The position numbers were made by a program, and so were the translations under genes. Positions 6,777 through 16,866 of a DNA stretch of 24,000 bases are shown piece after piece. Below the pieces are notes generated by a model. That model did no database searches. It was not told the DNA's origin and was given only the letters and a program-made list of their open reading frames with translations. The stretch comes from Thermoplasmata archaeon (GTDB lineage: Archaea > Thermoplasmatota > Thermoplasmata > Lutacidiplasmatales > SKW197), in contig JBMFNP010000002.1 in the NCBI GenBank assembly GCA_049970095.1, positions 1 to 24,000 of the forward strand. The letters run 5' to 3'. Numbering within the stretch: position 1 is the stretch's first letter; the number at the start of each line of letters is the position of its first letter.

Positions 6777-7880
6777 ATGCGGGATTTCATGCTCGGCAAT
6801 GAAGCTTGTGTGAGGGGCGCAATTGCTGCAGGATGCAAATTCTATGCTGGGTATCCAATTACTCCCTCCACTGAAATTGCAGAAGCAATGGCAAGAGAAT
6901 TGCCAAAGGCAGGTGGAACCTTTATCCAGATGGAAGATGAAATTGCAAGCATCTCTGCCTGCATCGGGGCTTCATGGGCGGGTGTGAAGGCAATGTCTGC
7001 CACATCTGGACCTGGTTTCAGTTTAATGCAGGAGGGAATAGGTTATGCTGCAATGACAGAAACCCCCATTGTAATTGTTAATTGCATGCGAGGAGGTCCA
7101 TCCACAGGCCAGCCCACAAAGCCAGCACAGGGGGATGTAATGCAGGCAAAATTTGGTTCTCATGGTGACTATGAAATTATTGCACTCACCCCTTCAACAG
7201 TCCAGGAAATGTTTGATTTAACAGTTGAATCTTTCAACCTTTCTGAGCAATACAGAGTTCCTGTAATTTTACTGGCGGATGGTGAAATTGCGCATATGCG
7301 GGAGACTGTACAAATTCCAGATAAAATAAGAATAGTGAACAGAAAACTGGCAGCATCGGGCATAATAAAAGAGGTTTGGAAGCCAGATTGGGACGGGATT
7401 GTCCCGTTCCCAGTATTTGGCAGGGGGCACAGAGTATATATCTCAGGAACTACATCCGACATATATGGATATCCTTCAACAGTCAATCCCGAAGTGCATG
7501 CAGCAACCGTCCAGAGAATTTGTGAGAAAATCAGGAAAAATGCAGATAAAATCTGGAGGTACGAGGTATATAATGAGGATGCAGACAAAATAATATTTGC
7601 ATATGGACTCCCTGCGAGAACAGCACTCTCTGTAGCAAAATCCTCTCAGAACATAGGGGTTTTTCGTCCAATTACCCTCTGGCCTTTCCCAGATCAACCC
7701 CTGGAAAAAATTGTTGAAGGAAAGGAGGTCTATGTGCTGGAAATGAACTACGGAAAAATGCTGAAGGAATTGGAGAGAGTGGCATATAAAGCAAAAGCGA
7801 AAAAAATTGCATTCCTCCCGAAACTCGGAGGCGCAATTCACACAATCATGGAAGTGAGAAGGTTTGTGGGGGTGGGCTAA
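6777..7880 (+). CDS. korA: 2-oxoglutarate/2-oxoacid:ferredoxin oxidoreductase alpha subunit
   Basis: 'GNEACVRGAIAAGCKFYAGYPITPSTEI', 'MEDEIASISACIGASWAGVKAMSATSGPGFSLMQE' and 'GGPSTGQPTKPAQGD' are typical of OFOR alpha domains I/II. 2-oxoglutarate specificity is inferred only from the adjacent sucCD genes. Confidence 0.88.
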   Translation: MRDFMLGNEACVRGAIAAGCKFYAGYPITPSTEIAEAMARELPKAGGTFIQMEDEIASISACIGASWAGVKAMSATSGPGFSLMQEGIGYAAMTETPIVIVNCMRGGPSTGQPTKPAQGDVMQAKFGSHGDYEIIALTPSTVQEMFDLTVESFNLSEQYRVPVILLADGEIAHMRETVQIPDKIRIVNRKLAASGIIKEVWKPDWDGIVPFPVFGRGHRVYISGTTSDIYGYPSTVNPEVHAATVQRICEKIRKNADKIWRYEVYNEDADKIIFAYGLPARTALSVAKSSQNIGVFRPITLWPFPDQPLEKIVEGKEVYVLEMNYGKMLKELERVAYKAKAKKIAFLPKLGGAIHTIMEVRRFVGVG

Positions 7881-8672
7881 ATGCTGGCTATTGAAGAATT
7901 CTTCAGAATGGATAGATGGCCTAACAGTTATTGCCCTGGCTGTGGTAATGGCACTGTAATGAACTGCCTCTATCGTGCACTCCGTGATGCTGTCAACCTG
8001 GATAAACTGGTGATGGTTGGAGGAATCGGATGCTCTGCAAGAATTGATGGTTATGTTTTCTCGGATGCAATTCATACAACCCATGGGAGGGCAATAGCCT
8101 TCGCAACGGGAATAAAACTCGGAAATCCAGAACTGGATGTAATTGTCATCGGCGGAGATGGTGACATTGGTGCAATTGGCGGAAATCATCTGATAAATGC
8201 CGCAAGAAGGAACATGGACCTCCTGGTAATCTGTATTAATAACTGGATTTATGGTATGACAGGGGGGCAGGTGTCTCCAGCATCTCCGCACGACTGCCTG
8301 AGCACAACAACACCCACTGGTAACCCTGAGTATGCATTTGAATTCGCAAAACTAGTGGCAGAATGCGGCGCAAATTATTCAGCCCGTTGGAGCATCACAC
8401 ATCCGATGCAGTTGATTAACTCTATAAGGAAAGCACATGAAAAGAAGGGGTTCAGATTTGTGGAAGTGCTTTCAATATGTCCAACAGGGTATGGAAGAAA
8501 CAACCGTATGGTTGAACCCACACAACTTTATGAATTTCTTAAAACCAGCACATATGTGATGAAAGGAATTCCAGATAGTGCACTCAATATAGATGGGAAA
8601 TTTGGTTTAGGAGAGTTTGCTGACCGAGATAGAGAGAGTTACATAGAAATTTTGAATAAAACAAGGAGGTAA
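7881..8672 (+). CDS. korB: 2-oxoglutarate/2-oxoacid:ferredoxin oxidoreductase beta subunit (TPP-binding)
   Basis: 'YCPGCGNGT' is the N-terminal Cys motif. The 'GGIGCS...' and 'VIGGDGDIGAIGGNHLINAARRN' TPP/Mg-binding motifs are present. The ATG abuts the korA stop (TAAATG). Confidence 0.9.
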   Translation: MLAIEEFFRMDRWPNSYCPGCGNGTVMNCLYRALRDAVNLDKLVMVGGIGCSARIDGYVFSDAIHTTHGRAIAFATGIKLGNPELDVIVIGGDGDIGAIGGNHLINAARRNMDLLVICINNWIYGMTGGQVSPASPHDCLSTTTPTGNPEYAFEFAKLVAECGANYSARWSITHPMQLINSIRKAHEKKGFRFVEVLSICPTGYGRNNRMVEPTQLYEFLKTSTYVMKGIPDSALNIDGKFGLGEFADRDRESYIEILNKTRR

Positions 8673-8676
8673 AAAA

Positions 8677-9774
8677 ATGGTAAAACTACCAGAATATATG
8701 GGAAAAGAGATTTTCAAGAAATACGGGATCCCAGTGCCGAACGGAAAATTGCTGAGACGGGGAGACACCATAGAATGGCCGGGTGCACCAGTATGTGTGA
8801 AAGCACAGGTACTGGCAGGAAAACGCGGAAAGGCAGGTGCAGTGAAATTTGCAAATAGCAAGGAGGAACTTGAACTAGCAGTTGGAGAAATAATGACAAT
8901 GAGAGTTGGGGGCATGAATGTGAATGAGGTGCTTGTGGAGGAAAAACTGAACATTCTCAAGGAGTACTATTTGAGCATCACGCTGGATAGAGACCAAAGA
9001 TGCCCCGTGCTCTTGGCCAGTGCAAGTGGTGGCATGGATATTGAAGAGGTGCCAGATACCGAAATACAGAAAATTTACATTCCACCATTTATTGGTGTGC
9101 AACCCTACATGCTCAGGGAAATAGTAACAAAACTCGGATTTGATAAAGAAACAGGGAAGTCTGCTGGGAATATCATTCGCCAGATGTACGAAATCTTCAG
9201 ATGCGAGGATGCGGAACTTGTAGAAATTAATCCGCTTGCAGATGTGGGTGGTAAACTTGTGGCTGCGGATGCAAAGGTGATAATAGAAGATGATGCCCTG
9301 TTCCGCCACCCAGAATACAAGAATGTGCCGCAAGAACTCACAGAACTTGAGAGGAAGGCAAAGGAGAAGGATATTTCCTTTATCCAGTTGGATGGAGACA
9401 TAGGTATAATCGCAAATGGCGCAGGATTAACTATGGCAACTCTTGATGCAATTACATACTATGGAGGGAAACCTGCTGTATTTCTTGACCTGGGTGGTAC
9501 AGATGATGTGGAAAAGGTAAAGGAGGCATTCAAACTTGTGCTTGAAATCAACCCGAGATGTGTGCTCGTAAACATTTTTGGTGGGGTAACAAAGTGTGAT
9601 ACTGTGGCAAAAGGTATTGTTGAGGTGCTGGGAAACAACGCCAAAATTAGAATTGCAGCAAGAATAAAGGGTTTCAACGAAGAGGAGGCAAGAGAGATAT
9701 TTGCGAATGCAGGAATTAAAGGTGTGAGTTCCCTTGATGAAGCTGCAAAATTTGTTTGCGAAGGGGGTGCGTAA
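8677..9774 (+). CDS. sucC: succinyl-CoA synthetase (ADP-forming) beta subunit, ATP-grasp
   Basis: '[18 protein letters not shown]', '[18 protein letters not shown]', 'VEINPLA' and '[10 protein letters not shown]' are typical SucC strings. An AAGGAGGT SD lies at 8663-8670. Confidence 0.9.
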   Translation: MVKLPEYMGKEIFKKYGIPVPNGKLLRRGDTIEWPGAPVCVKAQVLAGKRGKAGAVKFANSKEELELAVGEIMTMRVGGMNVNEVLVEEKLNILKEYYLSITLDRDQRCPVLLASASGGMDIEEVPDTEIQKIYIPPFIGVQPYMLREIVTKLGFDKETGKSAGNIIRQMYEIFRCEDAELVEINPLADVGGKLVAADAKVIIEDDALFRHPEYKNVPQELTELERKAKEKDISFIQLDGDIGIIANGAGLTMATLDAITYYGGKPAVFLDLGGTDDVEKVKEAFKLVLEINPRCVLVNIFGGVTKCDTVAKGIVEVLGNNAKIRIAARIKGFNEEEAREIFANAGIKGVSSLDEAAKFVCEGGA

Positions 9775-9778
9775 AAAT

Positions 9779-10648
9779 ATGAGCATTATCGTGGATGAAA
9801 ATACCAAAGTGTTAATACAAGGAATTACAGGGCATCAGGGTACATTTCACTCAAGGGCAATGCGAGCATTCGGAACAAAAGTGGTGGCTGGAGTGACACC
9901 CGGGAAGGGAGGTAGTGATGTAGAAGGTGTGCCAGTATTTAACAGTGTAAAGGAGGCTGTAGAACACACTGATGCCAATGCCTCGGTTATCTTTGTCCCT
10001 GCCCCATTTGCAAAAGACGCATGTTATGAAGCAATTGATGCGGGTGTAAAGGTGATTGTTGTAATCACTGAGCATATTCCATTCCACGATACAATGGAAG
10101 TGGTTCACTATTGTAAGTACAGGGGCGTAACAATGATAGGACCAAACACCCCAGGAATTACCTCTGTTGGAAAAACCAAGCTTGGAATAATGCCAAACAA
10201 TGTATTCTTGAAAGGGGATACTGGTGTTGTCTCCAGAAGCGGTACTCTCACCTATGAAATCGTGAATGCATTAACTGAGGATGGCATCGGACAGACCACA
10301 TGTGTTGGAATTGGTGGTGACCCTGTGAATGGAATGAACTTTGTGGAAATCCTAGAGTTATTTGAAAAAGATCCAGAAACAAAAAGAATTGTGCTTGTAG
10401 GTGAAATTGGGGGAATGGCAGAAGAAATTGCAGCAGAGTATATTCGGAAAAATATTAGTAAGCCAGTATATGCCTACATTGCAGGGCGCTCTGCACCCCC
10501 AGGCAAGAGAATGGGACATGCAGGTGCAATAATACAGAGAGGTAAGGGAACAGCGGACTCAAAGGTGAAAAGCCTGGAAAATGCAGGAGTAAAGGTTGCG
10601 AAAATTCCTGCAGATATTGCAAAACTGATAAGGGAAAAAGAGGGGTAA
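9779..10648 (+). CDS. sucD: succinyl-CoA synthetase alpha subunit
   Basis: '[16 protein letters not shown]', '[10 protein letters not shown]', 'SRSGTLTYE' and the phosphohistidine loop 'MGHAGAII' are present. The track start (9734) was moved to ATG 9779, which gives the canonical '[15 protein letters not shown]' N-terminus, lies 4 nt after the sucC stop, and has GGGGTG upstream. Confidence 0.93.
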   Translation: MSIIVDENTKVLIQGITGHQGTFHSRAMRAFGTKVVAGVTPGKGGSDVEGVPVFNSVKEAVEHTDANASVIFVPAPFAKDACYEAIDAGVKVIVVITEHIPFHDTMEVVHYCKYRGVTMIGPNTPGITSVGKTKLGIMPNNVFLKGDTGVVSRSGTLTYEIVNALTEDGIGQTTCVGIGGDPVNGMNFVEILELFEKDPETKRIVLVGEIGGMAEEIAAEYIRKNISKPVYAYIAGRSAPPGKRMGHAGAIIQRGKGTADSKVKSLENAGVKVAKIPADIAKLIREKEG

Positions 10649-10919
10649 CAAGGAAGGTTATAGGCAACCATTTTGACCAGCAAAGTTTATATCCATCCAT
10701 GTATCGTCTGGGATGTGCTCTCAGATGGGATCCTTGGACGATGTAATATGGCAATAAAAATGTGTAATATATAATTAATAATCATAGATAAAAACTGCAG
10801 GTGCAAACATATATATAGAAGTATGCCCATTAATAAAAATTGACGGACTGATGTCTGACAAAAGATGGGATGAAATATGACGAACATAAAATAAAAAAAG
10901 AGCCAGAAGGAGGCAACAC

Positions 10920-13900
10920 ATGTATCTGAAAGAAATTCAGATGAGGAATTTCAAAACTTTCATGAAACCTGTGTCAATCCGCTTTGAAAAGGGATTTACT
11001 GCTATCACAGGTCCTAACGGAAGCGGTAAATCCAATATTTCAGACGCAGTCCTCTTTGTTCTGGGTCCGAAAAGTTCAAGGGTGATTCGTGCAGGAAAAC
11101 TCACAGACCTGATTTTCAATGGTGGAAAAGAGGGAAAGCCAGCAAAGGAGTGTGAATGCTCCCTTATTTTTGATAATACGGACAGAACAATTCCAATTGA
11201 TGCAGATGAAGTGAAACTCACAAGAGTGGTGAAAATTTCTCCTACAGACCCATCTGGATATAACAGTTATTTTTATGTGAATGAAAAAAAGTCCACACTT
11301 GGAGAATTTGAAGAACTCCTTGCAAATGCAAGAATTTCTGCGGATAGTTACAACATTGTTCGCCAGGGAGATATAACAAGTATTGTTGAAAAAATGACCC
11401 CCATAGACATAAGAAAAATCATAGATGGAATTGCTGGCATCACAAAATTTGATGAAGATATCAAAAAAGCAGAGGAGAAAAGGGCATATGTTGAAGACAA
11501 TCTTTCCAAGACAAGTTTAATTCTTGAGGAACTCAAGAACCAGCTAGGAAATCTTGAAAAAGACAGGGACACTGCACTGAAATACATTGAACTGAAAAAT
11601 AAACTGGATGTTGCAAGGGCTTCTCTTGCTACAAAAAAGAAGGAGAGTACAGAGGCTGAAATAGAGAACATAAAGAAACTTATTGCATCCCAGCAAGCAG
11701 AAATTGAAACACTCAAAGCCCAGAAAGTGAAACTCGGTGAGAACATAAAGGCGCTGAACTTAAAAAAAGAGGAGATTGAGAGGGAAATTGTTGCAAGGGG
11801 AGGAGAGCAGTTCAAGAAACTAAAGAATGAGATAGATGGCATCCGCCTCAATGTAGCAAAGGCAAGAGATCGTGCTGGCGAACTGAGAGAGAACAGCACT
11901 TCACTTAAATCCGAGAAAAATGTGTGCGAAAAAGAAATCCAGAGAATTGAGAAGGCAAAATCTAATCTTGAAAAAGAGTATAAAGATACTGGTAGAGAAC
12001 TTGAAAATGTAAAAAGATCAGTCCAGGAATTTGATGAACAGATAAAAGCACTTGAGGACCAAATTTCAAAATCTGACATTGAGATTGCAAACCTCCAGCG
12101 TGAACTCCTAAAAATCAATTCATCAATTGAGAAAAAAATGGAGGAATTTAAAAATGCAGAGATTGAGCACAGCAAGGTGAGAAGCACCCTGGACACACTT
12201 GAAGTCCAGATAACAAATCTTGAGGAAGAACTCAAAACCCGTGAGTTTGAATTGAGAGATGCAGAGTTTCAGCTGAAGGAACTGAGCAGTACCAAGAAAA
12301 GTTATGAAAAAAGCATTCAGGATCTAACCACCGCGTTCCACAGAAAACGGGGAGAAATTGCAAAACTGGAAGCAGAAATTGAGAAGTGTGAAGATGAAAT
12401 CCGCGAATTAACCCGTACATACAACAATCTGAAAGCCCAGATAGAGGCAAGAACTGGTGCTGAAAAGGGGACAAGCGATGCATTGAATGCCATAATGGAT
12501 GCCATGAGTAGAAACCTCATAAAAGGAATTCATGGAACGGTTGCCCAGCTTGCTAGATTTGATGAGGAACACAGTGTGGCACTTGGAGTTGCAGCGGGAC
12601 CCAGAATGAACGCAATAATTGTGGAGGATGACGGTGTTGCTGCCCAGTGCATTGAATACCTGAAACAGAAAAAGGCAGGAAGGGCGATTTTCATTCCGCT
12701 GAACAAGATTCTGGAAAACCGGCCCAGGGGAAAGGCAGTACTGGTTGCAAAGGATAAGAACTGTCTGGGTTTTGCAATAGACCTTCTTGAGTTTGATGAG
12801 AAGTATCGTCCAGCATTCTCCTATGTCTTCGGAGACACGCTTGTAATGAAAGACCTAGATTCCGCAAGAGCAGTAATGGGTGGAGTACGGCTGGTTACAC
12901 TTGCCGGAGAACTGATAGAGGCAAGCGGTGCAATGATTGGGGGCAGCATTCAGGAAAAAGAGAAATTTGGTGCAAGCGCAATGCGCGAACTGGATATGAT
13001 CGGAAAGAAACTTGCGGATAAACTGGAAGAGGAAAAAACGCTGAGAGAAAAACTGAAAGCAGAGAAAGAGGAATTGAAAAAATTGGAAGATGAAATTCAA
13101 GAAAGGCACACAAAGGAGAGCACCTCACAGCTTGCATACGAAACCTATCTGGTGAGAAAGAAGGAGGCGGAGAAACATCTTAATGATGGAAAGGAAATGT
13201 TGGCAAAGATGAACAAAGAGAAAGAAACTGCTCTGGATGCGGTGGAAAAATTGGCGAGCACATGCAGTGCAATCCAGAACCAAATTGAAAATATGAAGAA
13301 AGAAAAAGAGGAAATAACTACAAGGATTCTCAACCTCACACCAAAGGCGCTCAGTGAAGAACTCAAGGCAAAAAGAAAAGCCCTTCAGGATTTGCAAGTA
13401 AAGAGGGCGGAACTGGAGGGCAGGCTCTCATCTCTTGAAACCAACCTCAAACTCTATGGAGAAAGGATAGAGGAGCAGAGGCGAAAGCTTGCTGGAATCA
13501 TTGAGCAGATTGAGAAGAACGGGAAGGAAATTGAGAGGTTAAATCTGGAGGCGAGTGAAGGGGAGGAAAAACTCAAAACCTTGATGAGAGTTGAAGAATC
13601 CATGAATAAGGAGTTGCTGGATTTACAGAAGAAGAGAGATGAGGTGTTCTGCCAGATTAATGAAAACACTGCAGAAATAGATAAGATTGATACAAAAATT
13701 CTTTCAAAGAATGATATAATTATAAGCCAAACAACCAAACTCCGAACAATGGAGGAAGCCCTTGCGGAAGTTAACATAGAACTCAGCGCCTACAATGTAA
13801 AAATTCCAGAAAAACTTCCGTCAAATGAGGAACTAAAGCGCACAATCTCCGAATGCGAAAATGCCATCAATATTCTTGGTCCAGTTAATATGAAAGCAAT

Positions 13901-14522
13901 TGAGGACTATGATGCCCTGAGAAAACGAATTGAAGAACTCAAAACAGAGTTTAATAGATTGGAGGAGGAGAAGCACAAACTGGTAGAACTTGTGAAGGAA
14001 ATCACAGAAAAGAAGAAGGTAGGATTTTACAAGGTGTACAATGCTATCAATGAAAACTTCAGGAGAATTTATGGTGAACTTTCTGATGGCGGGGAGGCTG
14101 AACTTGTCCTTGAAAACCCGGACAATCCATTTGATGGGGGGTTGCACATAAAAGCAAAGCCGAGAAATAAGAAGGTTACTCGCCTGGAATCTCTTTCTGG
14201 TGGTGAGAAGAGCCTCACAGGGCTTGCATTTATATTTGCAATCCAGCAGTATGACCCAAGCCCATTTTATTTCCTTGATGAAGTTGATATGTTTCTGGAT
14301 GCCGTAAATGCAGAGATTGTGGCAAAACTTGTGAAGAAAAACTCTGCAAAGGCGCAGTTTATCATGATTTCATTGAGGAAGGTAACTCTCCAGTATGCTG
14401 ACCGCCTTTATGGCATCACACTGGTACCAGATGGAACCTCAAAGGTTGTCTCTCTGGAACTTGATCAGATAAAAGATATGGCTGAAGAAGAAAATAAAGA
14501 AGCGTCAGAAGGGGTGGTGTAA
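10920..14522 (+). CDS. smc: SMC chromosome segregation ATPase
   Basis: 1200 aa. Walker A is 'GPNGSGKSN'. Long E/K-rich coiled coils flank a hinge 'GIHGTVAQL...AAGPRMNAIIVEDD...AGRAIFIPLN'. The signature is 'LSGGEKSLTGLAFIFA' and Walker B is 'FYFLDEVDMFLD'. An AGGAGG SD lies at 10908-10913. Confidence 0.97.
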   Translation: MYLKEIQMRNFKTFMKPVSIRFEKGFTAITGPNGSGKSNISDAVLFVLGPKSSRVIRAGKLTDLIFNGGKEGKPAKECECSLIFDNTDRTIPIDADEVKLTRVVKISPTDPSGYNSYFYVNEKKSTLGEFEELLANARISADSYNIVRQGDITSIVEKMTPIDIRKIIDGIAGITKFDEDIKKAEEKRAYVEDNLSKTSLILEELKNQLGNLEKDRDTALKYIELKNKLDVARASLATKKKESTEAEIENIKKLIASQQAEIETLKAQKVKLGENIKALNLKKEEIEREIVARGGEQFKKLKNEIDGIRLNVAKARDRAGELRENSTSLKSEKNVCEKEIQRIEKAKSNLEKEYKDTGRELENVKRSVQEFDEQIKALEDQISKSDIEIANLQRELLKINSSIEKKMEEFKNAEIEHSKVRSTLDTLEVQITNLEEELKTREFELRDAEFQLKELSSTKKSYEKSIQDLTTAFHRKRGEIAKLEAEIEKCEDEIRELTRTYNNLKAQIEARTGAEKGTSDALNAIMDAMSRNLIKGIHGTVAQLARFDEEHSVALGVAAGPRMNAIIVEDDGVAAQCIEYLKQKKAGRAIFIPLNKILENRPRGKAVLVAKDKNCLGFAIDLLEFDEKYRPAFSYVFGDTLVMKDLDSARAVMGGVRLVTLAGELIEASGAMIGGSIQEKEKFGASAMRELDMIGKKLADKLEEEKTLREKLKAEKEELKKLEDEIQERHTKESTSQLAYETYLVRKKEAEKHLNDGKEMLAKMNKEKETALDAVEKLASTCSAIQNQIENMKKEKEEITTRILNLTPKALSEELKAKRKALQDLQVKRAELEGRLSSLETNLKLYGERIEEQRRKLAGIIEQIEKNGKEIERLNLEASEGEEKLKTLMRVEESMNKELLDLQKKRDEVFCQINENTAEIDKIDTKILSKNDIIISQTTKLRTMEEALAEVNIELSAYNVKIPEKLPSNEELKRTISECENAINILGPVNMKAIEDYDALRKRIEELKTEFNRLEEEKHKLVELVKEITEKKKVGFYKVYNAINENFRRIYGELSDGGEAELVLENPDNPFDGGLHIKAKPRNKKVTRLESLSGGEKSLTGLAFIFAIQQYDPSPFYFLDEVDMFLDAVNAEIVAKLVKKNSAKAQFIMISLRKVTLQYADRLYGITLVPDGTSKVVSLELDQIKDMAEEENKEASEGVV

Positions 14523-15440
14523 ATGAATACATCAACAGTTTGTGAATCTGGAAAAACTGAAAATCTGGAAATTGGTGCCCTCAAAACGCAGAGGTTTGAT
14601 GCAGAGGCTGTGAAAAGTGTGCTTGACCATTTGCTTTTCTACAAGGCAATAATTAAGGAAGGGGAAGAGAGGAAAATAGACCATTACATGGAACTTGTGA
14701 ACAGCCTTAACTCAGGAACATTCCTTTCAATCCAGAATCAGTTTGAACGCGCCCTTGTGGCTGTGTTTGAACTTGTTCTGGAGCACACGCTTGACCCATG
14801 GAACATTGACCTTGTGGAATTTGCAAAAATGTACCATGAGAAGATCCAGCAAAGCACAGATATTGACTTCATTACCGCAGGAAGAATAATTCTGATGGCA
14901 TGGTCTGTGCTACACATCCAGAGCGAAACCCTGAGATTGAAAGCAGAGCCCCCGGTACCGACAACGCAAGAACTGGAATATATGCCAGATGAACTTTATA
15001 GCACACCTGAAGAAATGGATTACACAAATATTGTACTCACTTCTGAAGAACCACCAATTCAGCCCCTTGCACTGCACCCGAGTTCACGCCAGGTAACACT
15101 CATGGAACTTGTGAATGCATTTGACGAAGCTAGGGTGGAAGCAGAAAAGCGGTTGCATCTTGAGGAATTGAGAAAGGCAAATGTTGAGAAATTCCAGAAA
15201 GCACCAATAATAAAAGTGCATGAAGAGTCCATAGAGAGGGACATAAATGAACTTTGGCCCAGAATTGCCCAGATGCGAGAGAAATGCACATTCAGGGCGC
15301 TTCTGAATGGAACAAAGGAAAGAAATGTGATTGTGGGTATGTTCATTGCACTCCTGCATCTCGCAAAAATGAACAGAATTCGCATCTGGCAGGACAAAAT
15401 CCCCGAAGGTGAAATATATATAGAAGTATTGAATAATTGA
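14523..15440 (+). CDS. scpA: segregation and condensation protein A (kleisin)
   Basis: It starts directly after the smc stop (TAAATG). The ScpA-like 'LDPWNIDLVEFAKMY' is present, with a C-terminal winged-helix-like 'VIVGMFIALLHLAKMNRIRIWQD'. Confidence 0.85.
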   Translation: MNTSTVCESGKTENLEIGALKTQRFDAEAVKSVLDHLLFYKAIIKEGEERKIDHYMELVNSLNSGTFLSIQNQFERALVAVFELVLEHTLDPWNIDLVEFAKMYHEKIQQSTDIDFITAGRIILMAWSVLHIQSETLRLKAEPPVPTTQELEYMPDELYSTPEEMDYTNIVLTSEEPPIQPLALHPSSRQVTLMELVNAFDEARVEAEKRLHLEELRKANVEKFQKAPIIKVHEESIERDINELWPRIAQMREKCTFRALLNGTKERNVIVGMFIALLHLAKMNRIRIWQDKIPEGEIYIEVLNN

Positions 15441-15444
15441 TTGT

Positions 15445-16035
15445 ATGGAAGATATAGAGATTTCACTTGCAATTGAAGCCCTTCTTTTTTCGTCAGGTAG
15501 AGAACTCTCAATTCGTGAAATCACAGAATGGCTGGGAAAGGATGAGAAAATGGTGAGGAAAGCCATGCGTGCTCTTCTGAAAAGGTATGCCTCCGCCCAT
15601 ACATCAATTGAAATCGGGAGGGTGGGCACGAGATATGTGATGCGGCTGAAGCCAGAATTTGTAGGTATGGCAATTCCTGTGGCAGTGCCTGAACTCTCAA
15701 AGGATGAGATAAAAACACTTGCATTGATTGCCTTTTACCAGCCCGTAAAACAGAGTGTTCTTTCTAGGATGATAGGTTCAAAGGTGTATGAGCATGTGGA
15801 GAAACTGAAGAAACTGGAACTGGTAAAGGCAAAAAGGGAGGGTGCAACACTATCAATAACCACAACAAAGAAGTTTTTGGTGTATTTCGGAATTCCTAGC
15901 AGTAAAAAGGAAGAAATCAAAAAATGGATTGCAAGTAAGGTGGGAATTGAGGTAAAACCTGAAGAGGCAATGAAAGGTGAAGCTGGTGGTGAGATGGAGG
16001 GCAGCGCACAGAAGGAGGGGGCAAATTATGAATGA
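15445..16035 (+). CDS. scpB: segregation and condensation protein B
   Basis: 'LAIEALLFSSGRELSIREI' and a second winged-helix 'EIKTLALIAFYQPVKQSVLSRMIG' are typical ScpB strings. There is a 4-nt gap after scpA. Confidence 0.85.
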   Translation: MEDIEISLAIEALLFSSGRELSIREITEWLGKDEKMVRKAMRALLKRYASAHTSIEIGRVGTRYVMRLKPEFVGMAIPVAVPELSKDEIKTLALIAFYQPVKQSVLSRMIGSKVYEHVEKLKKLELVKAKREGATLSITTTKKFLVYFGIPSSKKEEIKKWIASKVGIEVKPEEAMKGEAGGEMEGSAQKEGANYE

Positions 16036-16864
16036 TTTAGAACTCACTCCTACGGAAATTGAGAGTTATTTGAGGGAAGATGCACCATTTGGAGACATAA
16101 CAAGTGCATTGCTATTCCCTAGCACACAGTTTGCAAAAGCATACATTATTGCAAAGCAGGAGTGCGTGATTGCGGGACTGGATGAAGCCAGAAGGGTGTT
16201 TGAATACCTGGGGTGCAAGGTTACACTACATTACAGGGACGGAGATGAAGTGCAGCGTTTCCGTAAAGTGATGTTTATCACAGGTGATGCAGGTAAAATT
16301 CTGCTTGGGGAACGGCTGGCACTTAATTTTCTTATGAAGATGAGTGGGATTTCTACATTAACTGCGGAAATTGTGAAGCTTGCAAGGGAAGTAAACCCTG
16401 AAGTCCGTGTATCTGCTACAAGGAAAACCACCCCAGGGTTTAGGAAGTATGAGAAAAAAGCGGTGATGCTTGGTGGTGGAGAACCGCACAGATTCTCACT
16501 CAGTGATGCAGTGCTTATCAAGGAAAATCACATTGTACTTGCTGGCGGGATTGAAAATGCAATCTCGCTGGCAAAGAAGGTCTCTTTTACCAAGAAAATT
16601 GAGGTGGAAGTGCGGAATCTTGAGGAGGCAATAATTGCTGCAAAGCTTGGAGTGGATATAATTATGCTGGATAATTTTAAAGTGAGCGAGGCTGAAGAAG
16701 CATATAAAAAAATCAAAGAGTTGAATAAAAAAATTATTGTTGAAGTTTCTGGGGGGATAAATAAATCTAACATAAAGAAGTATGCAAAGGCATGTGATGT
16801 AATTTCTGTTGGCATGCTTACACATTCCTATAATTCCATTGATTTCTCATTAGAGGTAATGTAG
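16028..16864 (+). CDS. nadC: nicotinate-nucleotide pyrophosphorylase (carboxylating) / quinolinate phosphoribosyltransferase
   Basis: 'EDAPFGDITS', 'ATRKTTPGFRKYEKKAVMLGGGEPHRFSLSDAVLIKENH', 'IMLDNF' and 'EVSGGIN' are present. The track start (15977) was moved to ATG 16028, which has GGAGGGGG upstream and overlaps the scpB stop by 8 nt (ATGAATGA). Confidence 0.9.
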   Translation: MNDLELTPTEIESYLREDAPFGDITSALLFPSTQFAKAYIIAKQECVIAGLDEARRVFEYLGCKVTLHYRDGDEVQRFRKVMFITGDAGKILLGERLALNFLMKMSGISTLTAEIVKLAREVNPEVRVSATRKTTPGFRKYEKKAVMLGGGEPHRFSLSDAVLIKENHIVLAGGIENAISLAKKVSFTKKIEVEVRNLEEAIIAAKLGVDIIMLDNFKVSEAEEAYKKIKELNKKIIVEVSGGINKSNIKKYAKACDVISVGMLTHSYNSIDFSLEVM

Positions 16865-16866
16865 GG

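Noticed and set aside
7476-8291. 271-aa minus-strand ORF spanning the korA/korB junction, plus 2647-3294 (-) in cdc48, 19334-19942 (-) opposite rpl1, 22759-23394 (+) opposite lig/rpe, and 15059-15629 (-) opposite scpA/scpB
   Set aside because: These are shadow ORFs opposite genes with strong family motifs. They have no recognisable motifs and no SD, and their Cys/Ser/Phe-rich composition is unlike the other genes.
10687-10887. 66-aa hydrophobic minus-strand ORF in the suc-smc spacer as a small membrane protein gene
   Set aside because: It has no SD or plausible promoter spacing. An AT-rich spacer translates into Ile/Leu/Phe-rich peptides by chance. It is kept only as a note under the spacer finding.
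11348-12235. 295-aa minus-strand ORF inside smc, and similar ORFs at 12855-13397, 13454-13777 and 13833-14147
   Set aside because: These are Ser/Phe/Leu-rich low-complexity translations, as expected for the antisense of E/K-rich coiled-coil codons (GAA/AAG read as TTC/CTT). They are fully contained in a gene with unambiguous SMC motifs.
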